DNA from: Synechococcus sp. A15-28
GTDB taxonomy: Bacteria > Cyanobacteriota > Cyanobacteriia > PCC-6307 > Cyanobiaceae
Direction of reading: 5' to 3'
Length of the DNA: 32,000 bases
Assembly (NCBI RefSeq): GCF_014280175.1
Contig: NZ_CP047931.1
Coordinates: 1,830,001 to 1,862,000, forward strand
Made by a program: the position numbers and the translations under genes. The notes under the pieces are model-generated. The model was not told the origin of the DNA, did no database searches, and saw nothing but the letters and a program-made list of their open reading frames with translations. This document shows positions 27,722-32,000 of the stretch, one piece after another; within the stretch, counting starts at the first letter, position 1; the number at the start of each line of letters is the position of its first letter.

Positions 27722-29365
27722 TCAGGGGGGGAACACACGCAGTCGGCAATGCCCGGCCTGGCCGAACACATCACTGCGCAACCGGTAACGCTGAACGAGA
27801 TCAGCCTGCATCCGGCGGACCCGTTCGGATCGCGGCAACAGTTCCACCGGCCGCCCCTGGGGCATCACCACCTGCTCCACGGCCAACCGACACTCCTCGA
27901 GGCCCGCCAGTTCATCGTCCTGTCCATCAACTGAAACCGGGTCTGGCTCCTCCTGATCCGGACCCTGGCGCCGACTGAGCAGCCGCTCCAGAGCGCGCTC
28001 CACCTGGGGCAACGTGTCGGCCTTGATCACCAGGATCGGCACCTTCAGCTCACGGGCCTGCCGCCGCAGTGACGGTTCACGCCCCAGGCCCTGACGGATG
28101 CTCAGCACCACATCCGCATCCGAGAGATCCTCCACCAGCTGCACGGGCCAGCCATGACGCCGGGTCGACTCCTCCACCAATTGCGGTGTGATTCCGCAGC
28201 AGAGCAGCTGCAGGTCGTCGCTGGCGGACCTGGCCTCCTCCTCCGAATCGATCTCAGTGCCGCTGGGAGGCGGGTCGACAGGCGGACGCATCGGCACCGC
28301 AGCCAGGGCCGGCCGGTTCTGCAGCCCAGGCTGTGCCAGCAGGCGGGGACGCCGCTGATCCGGTGGATCCACGAACCGAACAGCGCCATCGGCCGCCAGC
28401 TCCCGCTCCTGGGGCCGAGGCTGCAGACCCCGCAAGAGCTGGTCCACCGTGGAGGCCACATCGGTATGAATCGACCAGCGCTGGCGGCTGTGCATCTCCA
28501 CCGCCACGGGAAAGGTTGGATCGGCAGCGCGCTCGAGCACCGTTTTCTGACTGCGTCGTCGCCGGGCCTCATCGTCACCGAGGGTCACCGACTGGATGCC
28601 CCCCACCAGATCACTGAGGGTGGGGTTCTTGATCAGATTGGCCAGAGCATTGCCGTGGGCCGTGGCCACGAGCATCACGCCCCGCTCGGCAATGGTGCGA
28701 GCTGCCTGAGCCTCCAGCTCCGTACCGATTTCATCGATGACGATGACCTCCGGCATGTGGTTCTCCACCGCCTCGATCATCACCTGATGCTGCTGTTCGG
28801 GTCTGGCGACCTGCATCCGTCGGGCCCGGCCGATCGCTGGATGGGGGACGTCTCCATCGCCAGCGATCTCATTGCTGGTGTCGATGATCACCACCCGTCG
28901 CTGCAGGTCATCCGCCAGCACGCGGGCAATTTCGCGAAGTGCGGTGGTTTTGCCCACGCCCGGGCGCCCCATCAGCAGCAGGGACTGACCACCATCCAAC
29001 AGGTCCCGAACCAGGGCCACGGTGCCGAAGACAGCACGACCGACCCTGCAGGTCAGGCCCACCACATCCCCCCGTCGGTTGCGGATTGCGCTGATCCGAT
29101 GCAGGGTCCGTTCGATTCCAGCTCGGTTGTCTGCGCCGAAGCAACCCAGCCGGGCCACCATGGCGTCCAGGTCGTCTCGGGTGAGAGGGACCTCGCCAAG
29201 GGCCAGAGCCTGACCGGGGTAACGCGCCTCAGGAACACGCCCAAGGTCCAGCACCACCTCAAGCAACTGCTCCCGGCGCTCCGCCGGGCCAAGGGCGTCC
29301 CGCACCGGATCGGGGAGCAGGGCCAGCAACCGCTCGAGATCGTCTGTGATTCGTTGTGTCGTCAT
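27722..29365 (-). CDS. AAA ATPase with C-terminal R3H-type nucleic-acid-binding region (Ycf45-like)
   Basis: Walker A is LLMGRPGVGKTT and Walker B is VIVIDEIG. The C-terminal third is long. The start is ATG 29363-29365 (MTTQRITDDLERLL), 23 nt downstream of the ldpA stop. Confidence 0.7.
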   Translation of the reverse strand: MTTQRITDDLERLLALLPDPVRDALGPAERREQLLEVVLDLGRVPEARYPGQALALGEVPLTRDDLDAMVARLGCFGADNRAGIERTLHRISAIRNRRGDVVGLTCRVGRAVFGTVALVRDLLDGGQSLLLMGRPGVGKTTALREIARVLADDLQRRVVIIDTSNEIAGDGDVPHPAIGRARRMQVARPEQQHQVMIEAVENHMPEVIVIDEIGTELEAQAARTIAERGVMLVATAHGNALANLIKNPTLSDLVGGIQSVTLGDDEARRRRSQKTVLERAADPTFPVAVEMHSRQRWSIHTDVASTVDQLLRGLQPRPQERELAADGAVRFVDPPDQRRPRLLAQPGLQNRPALAAVPMRPPVDPPPSGTEIDSEEEARSASDDLQLLCCGITPQLVEESTRRHGWPVQLVEDLSDADVVLSIRQGLGREPSLRRQARELKVPILVIKADTLPQVERALERLLSRRQGPDQEEPDPVSVDGQDDELAGLEECRLAVEQVVMPQGRPVELLPRSERVRRMQADLVQRYRLRSDVFGQAGHCRLRVFPP

Positions 29366-29388
29366 CACGGCGTCCCCCGAACCCGCTT

Positions 29389-30435
29389 TTAGCAGGAGTG
29401 TTCCATCCCCGGCCGTCGCCGCCATGGCTCCACCAGGGAGCGGGCCAGCTCCAGCCCCGCCTGCCAGCCTTCAGACCAGTGACGCAGAGATGTGCCCCTG
29501 GACTGCGCCTCATGGATCAGGGGCATCAGCAGGCGACGAGCCATTCCTCCGAAGGCAACCCCAGCAGGGCGCTCGTCAGCCCGCAACAACTGCACGGTGC
29601 TGGCATTGGTCCCTCCGGCCAGTTGCAGCGGTCCAGGCGGTGCCAGCGGCCGCATCCGTCGCCACAGCTGCACCGCAACCCGAGCGGTGCCAGCACCGAC
29701 ATCACCACTCATGGGGCGTCCATCCAACTGCCAAAGCGGGCTGAATCCCCAGCGGCGCAGGCTGGAATGACGTCGCCAGAGTTCCTGAGCCAGCGCAGAC
29801 GGGGTGATCCCATGCCCCTCCAAACCGCAACTCACGGCAAGACGCTGGAGCGGCACCCCTGCAGCGGACAGCTCCGCCAGTAGGGCATCAAAGGCGTCCC
29901 CCCGTCCAGGGGCAGTGTGCACCTCCACCGCATCAGGGCGCATCGCTGCCAGCTGCTCGGCGATCGCATCGGAACCGAGGCGGTGGTCGCGCTCTTCGAT
30001 CAGGCCCAGCGGACAGCTCGATAGGCAGCGACCACAGCCGTAACAACGCAGCTCGTCCACCGATCCCACCGCTGCGATCGCCTCTGCAGGACAGACCCGC
30101 TGACAGGGGCGAGGACAGTCGACCGGACAACGGGCAGGGTCAAACCAGGCCTTGCGGAAGTGGGCATCACTGCCGTCACTGACGCTCACCATCAGCCATG
30201 GCCGCGCCAGGCCGTTCTGATCCAGCCACTGGAGCCCCTGCCGAGCCGCCCTGACAACCGCTGGGTCGGCTGCGACATCGACGCAGTCGATGCCTGCAGC
30301 TCCGTAAACGGCGCAGAGATCGGTGATCGCCGGCAGATCCTGGTTGCTGGCACCGCAGATCAACTTGACCCAGTGGCCCTGACGCAGGGCCTCCTGCGGA
30401 TTCAGCTGGCCAGGAGGCCGCTCATCGGCTGCCAT
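29389..30435 (-). CDS. ldpA: Iron-sulfur light-dependent period protein LdpA
   Basis: The N-terminus has [12 protein letters not shown]. Two Cys clusters are present: [14 protein letters not shown] and [12 protein letters not shown]. Confidence 0.75.
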   Translation of the reverse strand: MAADERPPGQLNPQEALRQGHWVKLICGASNQDLPAITDLCAVYGAAGIDCVDVAADPAVVRAARQGLQWLDQNGLARPWLMVSVSDGSDAHFRKAWFDPARCPVDCPRPCQRVCPAEAIAAVGSVDELRCYGCGRCLSSCPLGLIEERDHRLGSDAIAEQLAAMRPDAVEVHTAPGRGDAFDALLAELSAAGVPLQRLAVSCGLEGHGITPSALAQELWRRHSSLRRWGFSPLWQLDGRPMSGDVGAGTARVAVQLWRRMRPLAPPGPLQLAGGTNASTVQLLRADERPAGVAFGGMARRLLMPLIHEAQSRGTSLRHWSEGWQAGLELARSLVEPWRRRPGMEHSC

Positions 30436-30863
30436 CGCAGGCTCCTGGCTCCACCCATTTCAACGATGATGCGCAGACGGGGTTCACGGCTGCAGAGATC
30501 GCAGAGGGAGCTCAGCTCGGATTGCGACAACACCTGTCCCTCCAGCAGCCAGAGCGCCACCTGGGCGTCACCGTCGAGCAGATCCCCAAGCTGCGGCACC
30601 ACCTCCTGCACCTCCCCCACGGCAGCACCGCGCCCGACGCTCTGATGGCCGAGATGGGGAGGGCGAATGCCGTGTTTCTGGGTCAGGAACACCTCCGGAT
30701 CGCCGAGGCCACGGGCTGACGTGAGTCGGGTGCGGTAGCCGGCCCCACGCAGGCGACGCAACAGCCTGGTTTCCGCTCCACCCTCCAGCGGGGCATGCAC
30801 AGCCAAGCAACCATGGGCCTCGAGATCACGGCGGAATGTCCGACCGCTGAGAAGCAGAGGCAT
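30402..30863 (-). CDS. ndhN: NAD(P)H-quinone oxidoreductase (NDH-1) subunit N
   Basis: [45 protein letters not shown] is the typical NdhN N-terminus. The start is ATG 30861-30863. Confidence 0.85.
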   Translation of the reverse strand: MPLLLSGRTFRRDLEAHGCLAVHAPLEGGAETRLLRRLRGAGYRTRLTSARGLGDPEVFLTQKHGIRPPHLGHQSVGRGAAVGEVQEVVPQLGDLLDGDAQVALWLLEGQVLSQSELSSLCDLCSREPRLRIIVEMGGARSLRWQPMSGLLAS

Positions 30864-31238
30864 GACTGCAGGATGGCTGCGCAAGAGTCTGGCAGCCAAA
30901 GGCAAGGGTGGGGAAGAGGAGAAAGGTGCTGCTGTATGGTCTTTGTTTGTTCTGCGTTTCTGTGCCCGTCCGCTAGCCGGGCCTCCAGTCGGCAGAACAG
31001 ACCCCGCGATTGCGCAGGGTCCTCAGGCCAGAGCGGATTCTCCAATCCGCCGGGAAACTTCCAGAGCACTCCGTGCACAGGTCAGTCCCAGCCTCGCTGA
31101 ATCGACCGCTAGCCCCATTCGAGAGACCTCCTTTCCGGATCCCTCCCTCGAACCACGTCTGCGTCCAACCGATCAGCACGCCATGCCCCATCCGGCTTTC
31201 CGGATGGTGGTAGTCCCGCTGGCGCTTCCTCCCCAACC

Positions 31239-31895
31239 ATGTCAATCGGCATTCTCGGGAAGAAGCTGGGCATGTCCCAGTTCTTCGACGAGCAGGGCAG
31301 AGCCGTCCCCGTCACCTTGATCGAGGCCGGCCCCTGCCGAATCACCCAACTCAAAAGCAGCGACACCGATGGCTATGCCGCGGTGCAGATCGGCTTCGGC
31401 GATACCCGCGAAAAGCTGATCAACAAGCCTGCCAAGGGTCACCTCAACAAAACCGGCGAGAGCCTCCTGCGTCACCTGCGCGAATACCGCGTGGATGGCC
31501 TTGAGGGTTTCGAACTGGGCGGATCGATCACCGTTGGTGATTTCGAAGCCGGCCAGAAGGTTGATGTCAGCGGTGACACGATCGGCCGCGGCTTCTCCGG
31601 TTATCAGAAACGCCATGGCTTCAGCCGTGGTCCGATGACCCACGGTTCCAAGAACCACCGCGAGCCCGGTTCGATCGGCCCCGGCACCACACCGGGCCGC
31701 ATCTATCCAGGCAAGCGCATGGCCGGTCGCTACGGCGGCAAGAAGATCACCACCCGCGGCCTGACCATCCTCAAGGTGGACAGCGAGCGCAACCTGCTGG
31801 TGGTGAAAGGGTCGGTTCCCGGCAAGCCGGGCGCCCTGCTGAACATCCGACCCGCCCTGCGGGTGGGTGCCAAGCCCGCCAAAGGAGGACAGTGA
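31239..31895 (+). CDS. rplC: 50S ribosomal protein L3
   Basis: Motifs are [30 protein letters not shown] and GSVPG. Confidence 0.97.
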   Translation: MSIGILGKKLGMSQFFDEQGRAVPVTLIEAGPCRITQLKSSDTDGYAAVQIGFGDTREKLINKPAKGHLNKTGESLLRHLREYRVDGLEGFELGGSITVGDFEAGQKVDVSGDTIGRGFSGYQKRHGFSRGPMTHGSKNHREPGSIGPGTTPGRIYPGKRMAGRYGGKKITTRGLTILKVDSERNLLVVKGSVPGKPGALLNIRPALRVGAKPAKGGQ

Positions 31896-32000
31896 TGGCT
31901 GACTGCGTGATTCGCGACTGGCAGGGAAAGGAAGCCGGCAAGGCGACCCTCGACCTGAAAGTGGCCAAGGAGACCACGGCCAACGATCTGATGCATCGTG
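31895..32000 (+). CDS. rplD: 50S ribosomal protein L4, N-terminal 35 codons (runs off the window)
   Basis: ATG 31895 overlaps the rplC stop (TGATG) and is preceded by AAAGGAGG. The translation [35 protein letters not shown] fits an L4 N-terminus and the conserved rplC-rplD order. Confidence 0.8.
   Translation, partial: MADCVIRDWQGKEAGKATLDLKVAKETTANDLMHR

Noticed and set aside
30795-31366. Several 65-152-aa ORFs on both strands in the ndhN-rplC spacer.
   Set aside because: They overlap one another, are Pro/Arg/Ser/Gly-rich and have no motifs. One runs antisense into rplC. The region is better explained as a leader or promoter.

Overview
The window is a high-GC segment (hand-sampled lines about 60-65% G+C) that reads like a marine picocyanobacterial, Synechococcus-like chromosome. 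All calls come from reading the ORF translations and the DNA by eye, with no searches run. Family assignments rest on remembered motifs, and several start codons are ambiguous. Core genes, in order, are: a SEDS (RodA/FtsW) gene 3' end, a histidine-kinase-like gene, psaD, trpE, gshA-like, ppc, a GNAT-like gene, tRNA-Arg(CCG), recF, speD, a LarE-family PP-loop gene and a tandem-domain cobO. An AT-rich island follows. After it come moeB/moeZ-like plus a JAMM/MPN gene, a CAAD/CurT-like gene, fructosamine kinase, a CrtD/CrtH-like oxidoreductase, tyrA, a DinG-like protein with degenerate motifs, two small unknowns, recA, a HAD hydrolase, tRNA-Gln(UUG), a ycf45-like AAA+R3H gene, ldpA, ndhN, rplC and the start of rplD. 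The accessory part is the ~5.4-kb AT-rich island (about 12580-17997, sampled lines about 32-42% G+C) between cobO and moeB. It holds an orphan ParA-like ATPase, a gene-less decayed stretch, a 33-nt relic copy of the cobO 3' terminus (14010-14042) and a complete phosphite uptake/oxidation cassette, ptxABCD. The relic suggests site-specific insertion into the cobO 3' end and divides the island into two modules. No integrase, transposase, CRISPR array or rRNA was seen. Most other long ORFs in the track are antisense or alternate-frame artefacts of the high GC content.
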